Positions 19,066 to 31,000 of a stretch of DNA of 64,000 nucleotides are shown one piece after another. Origin of the DNA: Dehalococcoidia bacterium (GTDB taxonomy: Bacteria > Chloroflexota > Dehalococcoidia > UBA2979); contig OZ244720.1 in the NCBI GenBank assembly GCA_965219085.1, positions 672,001 through 736,000 of the forward strand, given 5' to 3'. Position numbers and translations under genes: made by a program. The notes beneath the pieces were generated by a model. The model searched no databases, was not told the origin of the DNA, and saw only the letters and a list, made by a program, of their open reading frames with translations. Positions within the stretch are counted from its first letter, which is position 1. The number at the start of each line of letters is the position of its first letter.

Positions 19066-22000
19066 ATGGCCCACACAGCCAGACCCAGGCTCGCCATCCT
19101 CTTCGCCGCCCTGGCCGCGCTGCTCGCACTGTCCCTCTCCGGCGCGCCGGCCCAGGCCCAGGACGGCTCCGTTCCCGGGAAGCCCACGGGACTCTCCAGC
19201 GAGGCGTCCCACGACTCGGTCAGCCTGACCTGGGACGATCCCGGCGACGGCAGCATCACCCACTACCAGGTCTTCCGGCGCGACCGCGACGTCCACGCCG
19301 CCGGCGAGTTCGTCACCGTCACGGAGCACACGGGCTCGGCGGCAACGAGCTACACCGACGACACCGTGGAACCCGAGCGGCGCTACGTGTACCGGGTCAA
19401 GGCCGTCAACGCCCACGGCGCGAGCACGTGGTCGGGTCACCGCAGGGCCAGCACCCCGGCGGCCACTCCCACCCCGACGCCGGCACCTGAGCCGGAGCCG
19501 ACTCCGGACCCCGCAGACCTGGACCCCGCCGACCTGGCCCCCAGCGGCCTCGAGGCCAGCCTGGCGGAGAACCGGGTCACCCTCACCTGGACCGCCCCCG
19601 CCGAGGACGCCGCTTCCGTGACCGGGTACGAGGTCCTGCGCGCCCAGGGCAGCGCCGCGCTGACCACCCTGGCGGCCGACACCGGCAACACCGACACCAC
19701 CTACACCGACTCTGGCGTGACCGGAGACCTGGACGGCTACCGCTACCAAGTCAAGGCGCTGCGCGGCGGGGACGCCAGCCAGGGCTCCAACGTGGCCGGC
19801 GTCATCCCGTCCGCCCACGCCGGTGCCATCGTTCCGCTCGCCGACGTCACCCTGATCAGCAATCTAGTGCTGAACGACGGCACGAACGACCTGACCCTCA
19901 CGCCGACCTTCGCCACGGACACGACGAGCTACGCGGCCTCGGTCGGCGGCGCCGTCTCGCAGATCACGGTGACGCCGACGAAGAGCGACACGGACGCCTC
20001 GGTGGAGTATCTCGACGCGAAGGACGCGGCGATCGCCGACGCCGACGGGACGGCCACCGGCCAGCAGGTGGATCTCGCGGTGGGCACGACCACGATCAAG
20101 GTCGAGGTCACCGCCGGGGACGCGATGACGACCGAGACCTACACGGTCGTCGTGACCCGCGCGGCGACGAGGCCCGCTCCTCCATCGGGGAAGGCGTGGG
20201 TCGAAGTCTGGAGCGATGACTTCGACGGTGACGTTCTGGACGCCACGAAGTGGCTTCCACGACGCGAGTCGCAGAATCTGAAAACCAGGACACACCATGG
20301 AAACACGATCTACTACCGTCGGGAAACAGACAACATAAGTGTCGCAGACGGCAAACTGGTCTTGAAGAACACTCAGAGGCGTCTCAGCGACACATCGAGT
20401 GAAGTGTTGACCGCGTCGATCTACACCCAGGACACCTACCGAAGAAAGTACGGGTACTTCGAGGCCAGTCTGAGGATCGCTCCGACCGCGGATGGCATCC
20501 ATACGGGATTCTGGATGCAGAGCCTGCTTTCGGGTTCCCATTCCGAGAATGGCGGTGTCGAGGGAGCTGCCGACGGTGGGGAAATCGACATCCTGGAGTC
20601 CGCGCTTATCAGGGACAGATTCTATCATGCATTGCATTGGGATAATGGCGGGTCAAGAAGTCGCACAAGTGCGTCCAGGCGGGTCGATGTTACCTTGCAT
20701 GACGGCGAGTACCACGTCTACGCGGTGGAGTGGAGTGCGGGTCGGTACAGGTTCTATGTTGACGGAAAGTTGACCTGGACGTATACGGGGGAAGGCGTAT
20801 CCGACGGAGACGAGTACATCATATTGGCGACAAATGTGAGCTGGGCCGGCGGCAATGCGCACACGGGTGATTTCCCGGTCGAGGCTCTGGTCGATTGGGT
20901 CAGGGTATACGAGTTGCAGGACAGCACGTCCGTCGATGCGCAAGCGGCGGAGCCCGGCTTCGGGACCCTCGGGGGGAGTGTTGCGCCGTCTGTCGCCCCC
21001 CCGCGGCTTTCGGCGCCGCCGCCTGTCGTTCCCGGTACCGGGAACGCCTTGAGCCGTGGGTCCCGCCCGGCCATCTCGTCAGTGGAGTTCGCCTACGATC
21101 CTGACTACGCCAGCTACGATCCTCACTACGCCGGCCCGGACGACGACACTTATCCGCTGGCCTGGACGGTGAGCGTCGAGGTGAACTTCGATCAGGACAT
21201 CGATGTCCAGGATCTGGAGGACGGAGGCCCGCGCCTGGAACTGGACATCGGCGGCGTGCCGAAACAGGCCCTCTACTACAGCAAATCGTCCCGCGCGATT
21301 GTCTTCTTCTACAGAATCCAGGACGGCGACGAAGACATGGACGGCATTTCGATCGGCGCGGACAAGCTGGCTCTCAACGGCGCCAGCATCGTCGGGACAA
21401 CAGGCACGGACGCCGTCTTGGACCACGCCGCCGTGCCCGACGATGCCGGCCACAAGGTGGACGGCGTGCGGCCGGTCCTCCAAGCCGCCGAGACATCGAC
21501 GGACGGCGCGGCGATCGTCCTCACCTACGATGAGGCTCTTCAACCCACCATGAACCTGTCCAAGGAGCAGCAGCGCACGACGGCTACTCCGTATGACTAC
21601 ACGGTCAGTGTCGACGGCGTTCCCCGCGGGGTCAGCGACGTTTCAGCGAGTGGTAGCACCGTGACGCTGGAGCTCGAATCCGCGGTGACGGCCGGCCAGA
21701 CGGTCGCCGTGAGCTACCGCGAACCGAGCGTTCACGACGATACGAGGGCGGTGCAGAACCTGCGCGGCACCGACGCGGCGAGCTTCACGAACCGTACGGT
21801 GACCGTCGCCGACGACGACCCGCAGGTGACCGTCGGCTTCGAGCACTCGGCCTACAGCGTTGCCGAGGGCGCCAGCGTCGCGGTCAGCGTGGTGCTGAGC
21901 GCGGACCCCGAGCGCACCGTCACCATCCCGCTGACCAGCACCAACCAGGGCGGCGCGTCGGCTGCGGACTTCTCCGGAGTGCCCGCGAGTCTGGAGTTCT

Positions 22001-25000
22001 CGACAACGGCCATGTCGCGGACGTTTGCCTTCGCGGCTGCTGATGACGACGTCGATGACGACGGTGAGGGCGTCACGGTGGGCTTCGGGACGCTGCCTGC
22101 CGGGGTGAACGCGGGTACGCCCGCGACGGCTGCTGTGTCGATCATTGACGGTGATGTGCCGACGGTGTCGGTGAGCTTCGGGTCTGGTCCGTACTCGGTG
22201 GACGAGGGCGAAACGGTGACGGTGACGGTGTCGCTGGACGAGGATCCTGAGCGCACGGTGGTGATCCCGCTGACCACGACGCTGGCGGGCGGCGCGTCGG
22301 CTGCGGACTTCTCCGTGCCGGCGAACGTGACGTTCGCGGCGGGCGAGACGTCCAAGACGTTCGAGTTCGATGCTGCTGACGACGACGTCGATGACGACGG
22401 TGAGGGCGTCACGGTGGGCTTCGGGACGCTGCCCGCCGGGGTGAACGCGGGCACGCCCGCGATGGTTGCTTTCGAGATCGGCGACGATGACGTGCCGACG
22501 GTGTCGGTGAGCTTCGTGGCGTCGACGTACAGCGTCGCCGAGGGCGGCTCGGTGACGGTGACGGTGTCGTTGAGCGCTGATCCTGAACGCACCGTGGTGA
22601 TCCCGCTGACCACGACGCTGGGGGGCGGCGCGTCGGCTGCGGACTTCTCCGTGCCGGCGAACGTGACCTTCGACGCAGGCGACACGTCCCAGGCGTTCAC
22701 CTTCGCGGCTGCTGACGACGGGGAGGATGATGACGGTGAGGGCGTCACGGTGGGCTTCGGGACGCTGCCTGCCGGGGTGAACGCGGGTACGCCCGCGACG
22801 GCTGCTGTGTCGATCATTGACGGTGATGTGCCGATTGTGTCGGTGAGTTTCGGGTCTGGTTCGTACTCGGTGGACGAGGGCGGCTCGGTGACGGTGACGG
22901 TGTCGTTGAGCGCTGATCCTGAACGCACCGTGGTGATCCCGCTGACCACGACGCTGGGGGGCGGCGCGTCGGCTGCGGACTTCTCCGTGCCGGCGAACGT
23001 GACCTTCGACGCAGGCGACACGTCCCAGGCGTTCACCTTCGCGGCTGCTGACGACGGGGAGGATGATGACGGTGAGGGCGTCACGGTGGGCTTCGGGACG
23101 CTGCCTGCCGGGGTGAACGCGGGTACGCCCGCGACGGCTGCTGTGTCGATCATTGACGATGATGTGCCGATTGTGTCGGTGAGTTTCGGGTCTGGTTCGT
23201 ACTCGGTGGACGAGGGCGGCTCGGTGACGGTGACGGTGTCGTTGAGCGCTGATCCTGAACGCACCGTGGTGATCCCGCTGACCACGACGCTGGGGGGCGG
23301 CGCGTCGGCTGCGGACTTCTCCGTGCCGGCGAACGTGACGTTCGCGGCGGGCGAGACGTCCAAGACGTTCGAGTTCGATGCTGCTGACGACGGGGAGGAT
23401 GATGACGGTGAGGGCGTCACGGTGGGCTTCGGGACGCTGCCCGCCGGGGTGAACGCGGGTGCGCCCGCGATGGTTGCTTTCGAGATCGGCGACGATGACG
23501 TGCCGATTGTGTCCAACAGATCCCCGGCCTTCAGCGAGGGATCCTCGACGACGCGGGACGTGCCCGAGAACAGCAGCGCGGGTACCGCCCTCGGCACGGC
23601 GGTCGCCGCCTCGGACGCAGAGGGCGACACGCTGACCTACGCCCTCGGTGGGACGGACGCCGCCTCGTTCGACTTCAGCACGGCCACCGGGCAGATCTCG
23701 ACCGGGTCGGGCGTGACCTACGACCACGAGGCAAAGGCGACCTACACGGTCACGGTGACGGTGGACGACGGCAACGGCGGCGCCGCCGGCATCGACGTGA
23801 CCATCAACGTCACGGACGAGCCCGAGCCGCCGAACGCACCCGCCGCGCCAACGGTGTCAAGGACGGCGGACGCGAACGACAGCCTCGACGTGAGCTGGAC
23901 CGCGCCCGCCAACGACGGCAGGCCGGCCCTCAAGCACTACGACATCCAGTATCGGGAAGGCGGCGGCGCCTGGGAAACCGGGCCCCAGACCCAGACCGGC
24001 ACGACCGCGAAGATCACCTCCCTGAACGCGGGAACCTCGTACGAGGTGCAGGTGCGCGCCGCCAACGACGAAGGTAATGGCGCCTGGTCCCCGGCGGGAA
24101 CGGGTTCGACCAACGCCGCGCCGGTCTTCGACGACGGCGAGGAGACGACGCGTGAGGTGGCGGAGAACACGGCCTCGGGCGCGGACATCGGCGCGGCCGT
24201 CGCGGCCACGGACGCGGACAACGACACGCTCAGCTACTCGCTCGGCGGGACGGACGCAGCCTCGTTCGCCATCGTCTCGACCAGCGGCCAGATCCAAACG
24301 AAGGCGGCCCTCGACTACGAGGAGGACGACGAGTACTCGGTGACGGTCACGGTCACGGATGGCAGTGGCGGCGAAGCCAGCATCGACGTGACCATCGACG
24401 TCACGGACGAGGACGAGCCGCCGTCGAAGCCCGAGGCGCCGACGGTGACGGGAGCGGGCCCGAGCAGCGTCACGGCGACCTGGCTGGCGCCGGCCAACGC
24501 GGGCAAGCCGGACATCAGCGACTACGACGTGCAGTACCGGCAGCAGGGCGGCACCGCCTGGACCGACTGGACCCACACCAGCACGGACACCTCGGCGACG
24601 ATCACCGGCCTCAGCGCGAACACCTCCTACGAGGTGCAGGTGCGGGCCACCAACGACGAGGGCACGAGTAACTGGTCCGACTCGGACAGCGGGGCGACCT
24701 CGACCAAGCCGGTGGTGACCCTGTCGCTGTCGTCCCACTCGATCGTGGAAGGCGGAGTCACCACGGTGACGGGAACGGTCTCGCCCGCATCCGCGACGCC
24801 GTTCACGGTGACGGTCTCGGTGACGCCCGTGGCCCCGGCGGTGGCGGCCGACTTCACGCCGAGCGCGAACGCCAACCTGACCTTCGCCGCGAACGCGACC
24901 GCGAGCACCGGCGGCGTAACGATCACGGCGACGGCGAACACGGTACACACGGAGGACAAGACGCTGACGGTGTCGGGCGCGACCACGGCGGCGGCGGTGA

Positions 25001-28000
25001 CGGCGCCGGCCAACGTCACGCTGACGGTCGCAGACGACGACGCCCCGTCGTGGACCGTGGAGGTGGGCTCCGCCTCGATCGCAGAGGACGCGGGCTCCAC
25101 GACGCTGACCGTGAGCACGGGCGGCGTGAGCTTCGCCGACGACCAGACGATCACGCTCGATCTCGGGGGCACGGCCACGGTGACGGACGACTACACGGTC
25201 AGTCCCGCGACGCTCACGCTGAAGGCGGGCAACAGCTCGGCCATGACGACCATCACCGCGGTCGACGACGCACTGGACGACGAGGCCGAGACGATCGTGA
25301 TCGCGGCCATGCACGGCGGCGCCCAGGTGGGCGCCTCGCGGACCATCACGATCACCGACGACGATGCCGCCAACAGGGCGCCCACCTTCGCCGAAGGCGC
25401 CTCGACGACGCGCGACGTGGCGGAGAACACGGCGTCGGGCCAGAACGTGGGCGCTGCGGTCGCCGCGACGGACCCGGACAGCGACGCACTGACCTACACC
25501 CTCGGCGGCACGGACGCGGTGTCGTTCGACATCGATTCGGCGAGCGGCCAGCTCCAGACCGCGACCGGGACGGTCCTCGACTACGAGGCCAGGACGAGCT
25601 ACTCGGTGACGGTCACGGTCACGGACAGCAAGGGCGGCAGCGCCGCCATCGATGTGACCATCAACGTCACGGACGAGGACGAGCCGCCGTCCGCGCCCAC
25701 GGAGCTGAGCGGGCTAGTGCTGAACGACGGCGCGAACGACCTGACCCTCACGCCGACCTTCGCCACGGACACGACGAGCTACGCGGCCTCGGTCGGCGGC
25801 GCCGTCTCGCAGATCACGGTGACGCCGACGAAGAGCGACACGGACGCCTCGGTGGAGTATCTCGACGCGAGAGACGCGGCGATTACCGACGCCGACGGGA
25901 CGGCCACCGGCCAGCAGGTGGATCTCGCGGTGGGCACGACCACGATCAAGGTCAAGGTCACCGCCGGGGACGCGATGACGACCGAGACCTACACGGTCGT
26001 CGTGACCCGCGCGGCGACGAGGCCCGCTCCTCCATCCGGGAAGGCGTGGGTCGAAGTCTGGAGCGATGACTTCGACGGTGACGTTCTGGACGCCACGAAG
26101 TGGCGTCCACAACGCGAGTCGCAGGATCTGAGTACCAGGACACACCATGGAAACACGATCTACTACCGTGGGGAAACAGACAACGTAGGTGTCGCAGACG
26201 GCAAACTGGTCTTGAAGAACACTCAGAGGCGTCTCAGCGCCACATCGAGTGAAGTGTTGACCGCGCGGATCTCGACCATGGACATCTACCACAGAAAGTA
26301 CGGGTACTTCGAGGCCAGTGTGAGGATCGCTCCGACCGCGGATGGCATCGATACGGTATTCTGGATGCAGGGCCCGCTTACGCACCGCCATTCCGAGAAT
26401 GGCGGTGTCGAGGGAGCTGCCGACGGTGGGGAAATCGACATCCTGGAGTCCTCGTTTATCAGGGACGGATTCTATCATGCATTGCATTGGGATTATGGCG
26501 GGTCAAGAAGGCGCAAAAGTGCGTCCGAGTGGGTCGATGTTACCTTGCATGATGGCGAGTACCACGTCTACGCGGTGGAGTGGAGTGCGGATCGGTACAG
26601 GTTCTATATTGACGGAAAGTTAACCTGGACCTATACGGGGGAAGGCGTATCCGGCGGAGACGAGTACATCGTATTGTCGACAGGTGTGAGCTGGGCCGGC
26701 GGCAATGCGCACACGGGTGATTTCCCGGTCGAGGCTCTGTTCGATTGGGTCAGGGTATATGAGTTGCAGGACAGCACGTCCGTCGATGCGCAAGCGGCGG
26801 AGCTCGGCTTTGGGACCCTCGGGGGGAGTGTTGCGCCGTCTGTCGCCCCCCCGCTTTCGGCGCCGGCGCCTGTCGCCCCCCCGCTTTCGGCGCCGCCGCC
26901 TGTCGCCCCCTCCCGGCTTTCGGCGCCGCCGCCTGTCGTTCCCGGTACCGGGAACGCCTTGACCCATGAGTCCCCCCCGGCCATCTCGTCGGTGGAGTTC
27001 GCTTACGATCCTGACTACGACGGCGATCCTGACTTCGACGGCCCGGACGACGACACTTATCCGCTGGCCTGGACGGTGAGCGTCGAGGTGAAGTTCGATC
27101 GGGACATCCATGTCCAGGATCTGGAGAACGGAGGCCCGCGCCTGGAACTGGACATCGGCGGCGTGCCCAAACAGGCCCTCTATTACAGCAAATCGTCCCG
27201 CGCGATTGTCTTCTTCTACAGAATCCAGGACGGCGACGAAGACATGGACGGCATTTCGATCGGCGCGGACAAGCTGGATCTCAACGGCGCCAGCATCGTC
27301 GGGACAACAGGCACGGACGCCGTCTTGGGCCACGCCGCCGTGCCCGACGATGCCGGCCACAAGGTGGACGGCGTGCGGCCGGTCCTCCAAGCCGCCGAGA
27401 TATCGACGGACGGCGCGACGATCGTCCTCACCTACGACGAGGCTCTTCAGACCACCATCAACAACCCGTCTAACCCCAAGAAGCGGCGCACGACGGCTAC
27501 TCCGTATCGCTACACGGTCAGCGTCGACGGCGTTCCCCGCGGGGTCAGCGACGTTTCAGCGAGTGGCAGCACCGTGACGCTGGAGCTCGAATCCGCGGTG
27601 ACGGCCGGCCAGACGGTCGCCGTGAGCTACCGCGAACCGAGCGTTCACGACGATAGGAAGGCGGTGCAGAACCTGCGCGGCACCGACGCGGCGAGCTTCA
27701 CGAACCGTACGGTGACCGTCGCCGGCGACGACACGGCGGGGGTGGTGGTGGTCCCGACGGTGGTGTCGGTGGCCGAGGGCGGCGCGGCGGGCAGCTACAC
27801 GGTGGTGCTGGCCACGCAGCCGCCGGGGACGGTGACGGTGACGGTGGGCGGCGCCGGCGACGACGTCGCCGCGGAGCCCGCCGCGCTGACGTTCACGGCC
27901 TCGACGTGGGACACCGCGCAGACGGTGACGGTGACCGCGGTCGACGACAGCGTCGCCGAGGGCGAGGAGACGGCGACGCTGACCCACGCGGTGAGCGGCT

Positions 28001-31000
28001 ACGGGGCCGTCACCTCCGCCGACAGCGTGACGGTGTCCATCACCGACGACGACGGAAACACCCCGCCCACGGCCTCCGCGTCCGTCACGCCGGACGCCCC
28101 GGCCGAGTTGACACCCGAGATGAAGGTCGAGGTGCTCGGCGGCAACACGGTGTCGCTGGACGGCGGCGGGAACGACCCCGACGTTGGCGAAGTCCTGAGC
28201 TACGCCTGGACCAGCGACGGAGGCGGCACGTTCGCCGACGCGGCGGCGGCGGACACCACGTGGACCGCGCCGGCGGCCACGGCCGACGAGCAGACGGTTA
28301 CGCTCACCCTCACCGTCAGCGACAGCGCCTCGGCCACGGCCGAGGCGAGCGTCGAGGTAACGGTGGCGGACAACGTCCCGCTGACGGCCAGCTTCGACAC
28401 CATTCCCGTCATGCCGCACGCAGGGAACAACTTCGCCGTGAGGATCCTGTTCAGCGAACGGATCCGCGCAGGGCTGACCGACTTCAGGAATCACGCAGTC
28501 GAGGTGACGAACGGCACGGTGTACGACGGAAGACGAGTGGATGGCCGGCGCGACCTGCTGGAGCTCGAGATCGACCCGGACAGCGCCTCGGCGGACGTGA
28601 CCATCGTGCTCGCCCCGAGCCGGGCCTGCCCGCAGAGCAACTCGATCTGTACCTACGCCGGAAAGCAGCTCTCGGCCGAGCTGCGGGGGGTCGTCGAGTC
28701 CACCAACACCCCGGTCTTCAGCGAAGGGGCCACGGCCACGCGCGAGGTCGCCGAGAACACTGCGGCGGACACCGACATCGGGGGGGCGGTGACGGCCACC
28801 GACGTGGACAACGACACGCTCAGCTACTCGCTCGGCGGGACGGACGCAGCCTCGTTCGCCATCGTCTCGACCAGCGGCCAAGTCCAGACGAAGGCGGACC
28901 TCGACCACGAGACGAAGTCGAGCTACGCGGTCACGGTCACGGTCACGGATGGCAAGGGCGGCAGCGCCAGCATCGAGGTGACCATCAACGGCACGGACGA
29001 GGACGAGCCGCCGTCGAAGCCCGAGGCGCCGACGGTGACGGGAGCGGGCCCGAGCAGCGTCACGGCGACCTGGCTGGCGCCGGCCAACGCGGGCAAGCCG
29101 GACATCAGCGACTACGACGTGCAGTACCGGGAGGCAGGCACGACCGGGTCGTGGAGTGACGGGAGCCACACCGGCACGGACACCTCGGCGACGATCACGG
29201 GCCTCAGCGCGAACACCTCCTACGACGTGCAGGTGCGGGCCACCAACGACGAGGGCACGAGCGACTGGTCCGACTCGGGCAGCGGGGCGACCTCCACCAA
29301 GCCGGTGGTGACCCTGTCGCTGTGGTCCGACTCGATCGCGGAAGGCGGAGTCACCACGGTGAGGGGAACGGTCTCGCCCGCATCCGCGACGCAGTTCACG
29401 GTGACGGTCTCGGTGACGCCCGTGGCCCCGGCGGTGGCGGCCGACTTCACGCTGAGCGCGAACACCAACCTGACCTTCGCCGCGAACGCGACCGCGAGCA
29501 CCGGCATCGTAACGATCACGGCGACGGCGAACACGGTACACACGGAGGACAAGACGCTGACGGTGTCGGGCGCGACCACGGCGGCGGCGGTGACGGCGCC
29601 GGCCAACGTCACGCTGACGGTCGAAGACGACGACGCCCCGTCGTGGACCGTGGAGGTGGGCTCCGCCTCGATCGCAGAGGACGCGGGCTTCACGGCCGTG
29701 ACCGTGAGCACGGGCGGCGTGACCTTCGCCGACGACCAGACGATCACGCTCGATCTCTCGGGCACGGCCACGGAAACGGACGACTACACGGTCAGTCCCG
29801 CGACGCTCACGCTGACGGCGGGCAACAGCTCGGCCATGACGACCATCACCGCGGTCGACGACGCACTGGACGACGAGGCCGAGACGATCGTGATCGCGGC
29901 CATGCACGGCGGCGCCCAGATCGGCGCCTCGCGGACCATCACGATCACCGACGACGATGCCGCCAACAGGGCGCCCACCTTCGCCGAAGGCGCCTCGACC
30001 ACGCGCAAGGTGGCGGAGAACACGGCCTCGGGCGAGGACATCGGCGCGCCGGTCTCGGCCACGGACGCGGACAGCGACGCACTGACCTACACCCTCGGCG
30101 GCACGGACGCGGCGTCGTTCGACATCGATCCGGCGAGCGGCCAGCTCCAGACGAGTGCGGCCCTCGACCACGAGACGGCGCCGAGCCACACGGTGACCGT
30201 GACCGCGGACGACGACAAGGGCGGGACCGCCACCATCTCCGTGACCATCGAGGTCACGAACGAGACTGAGCCGCCGGAAGAGCCCGGCGCGCCCGACAAC
30301 GTGCGGGCATTGTCGGGCAACGCCGAGCTCGTCGTCACCTGGGGCGAACCCAACGACGGCGGCAGCGCCATCACCGAGTACACCCTGCAATGGAAGTCCG
30401 GCGGCGAGAGCTTCAGCTCGTCCCGGCAGAGGACGATTGCCGCGCCGTCACGCAGCGACACGATCCCGTCTCTGACCAACGGCACCGAGTACGCGGTGCG
30501 GGTTAAGGCCACGAACACCCACGGCGACAGCGACTGGTCCGTCGAGGCGACGGGCACCCCCCGTTCCAGCATCACCACCGGTGGCGGGGGCGGCGGTGGT
30601 GGTGGCCCGTCGGGGCCCTCGCCGAGCGAGTTGGACTTCGAGTGGAACGTGAAGCGCGACCTCGAAGCGCTGGACGGCGGCCACGACACGCCGACCGGCG
30701 CCTGGTCGGACGGCACCGTCCTCTGGGTACTCGAGAACGGAGACGGCGCCGGCGACGCCGTCTACGCCTACGACCTGAACACGGGCGAACGCCTGGAGGA
30801 GCGCGAGTTCGAACTCGACGAGCGCAACCGCGCGCCGCGCGGCGTCTGGTCCGGCGGCACGGTCATCTGGGTCTCCGACAGCGGCCAGGACCGCCTCTTC
30901 GGCCATGACCTCGAGACGGGCGAGCGGCTGCCGGAGCGCGACCTCGAGCTCGGCGAGCGCAACGGCGACGCCCGCGGGATCTGGTCCGATGGTGAGACGA

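Larger units (their letters stand above)
16798..19463 (+). repeat. Long direct repeat copy 1 (~2.66 kb): constant C-module, intergenic spacer, signal peptide and first FN3 of the next gene
   Basis: Aligns to 30607-33265 at offset 13809 (13802 at the end); ~17560-19065 is essentially identical by eye apart from poly-C/poly-G lengths and rare SNPs. Confidence 0.95.

Noticed and set aside
18557-19129. Minus-strand ORF containing MGGGGGGG from the poly-C tract (and 32366..33061)
   Set aside because: Low-complexity translation overlapping the start of the giant gene; duplicated only because the spacer is duplicated.
20161-26770. Diversity-generating retroelement TR/VR pair explaining the GH16 differences
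   Set aside because: Substitutions are not confined to adenines in either copy (e.g. CTT>CGT, CGG>GGG, CTG>GTG) and no reverse transcriptase is in the window.
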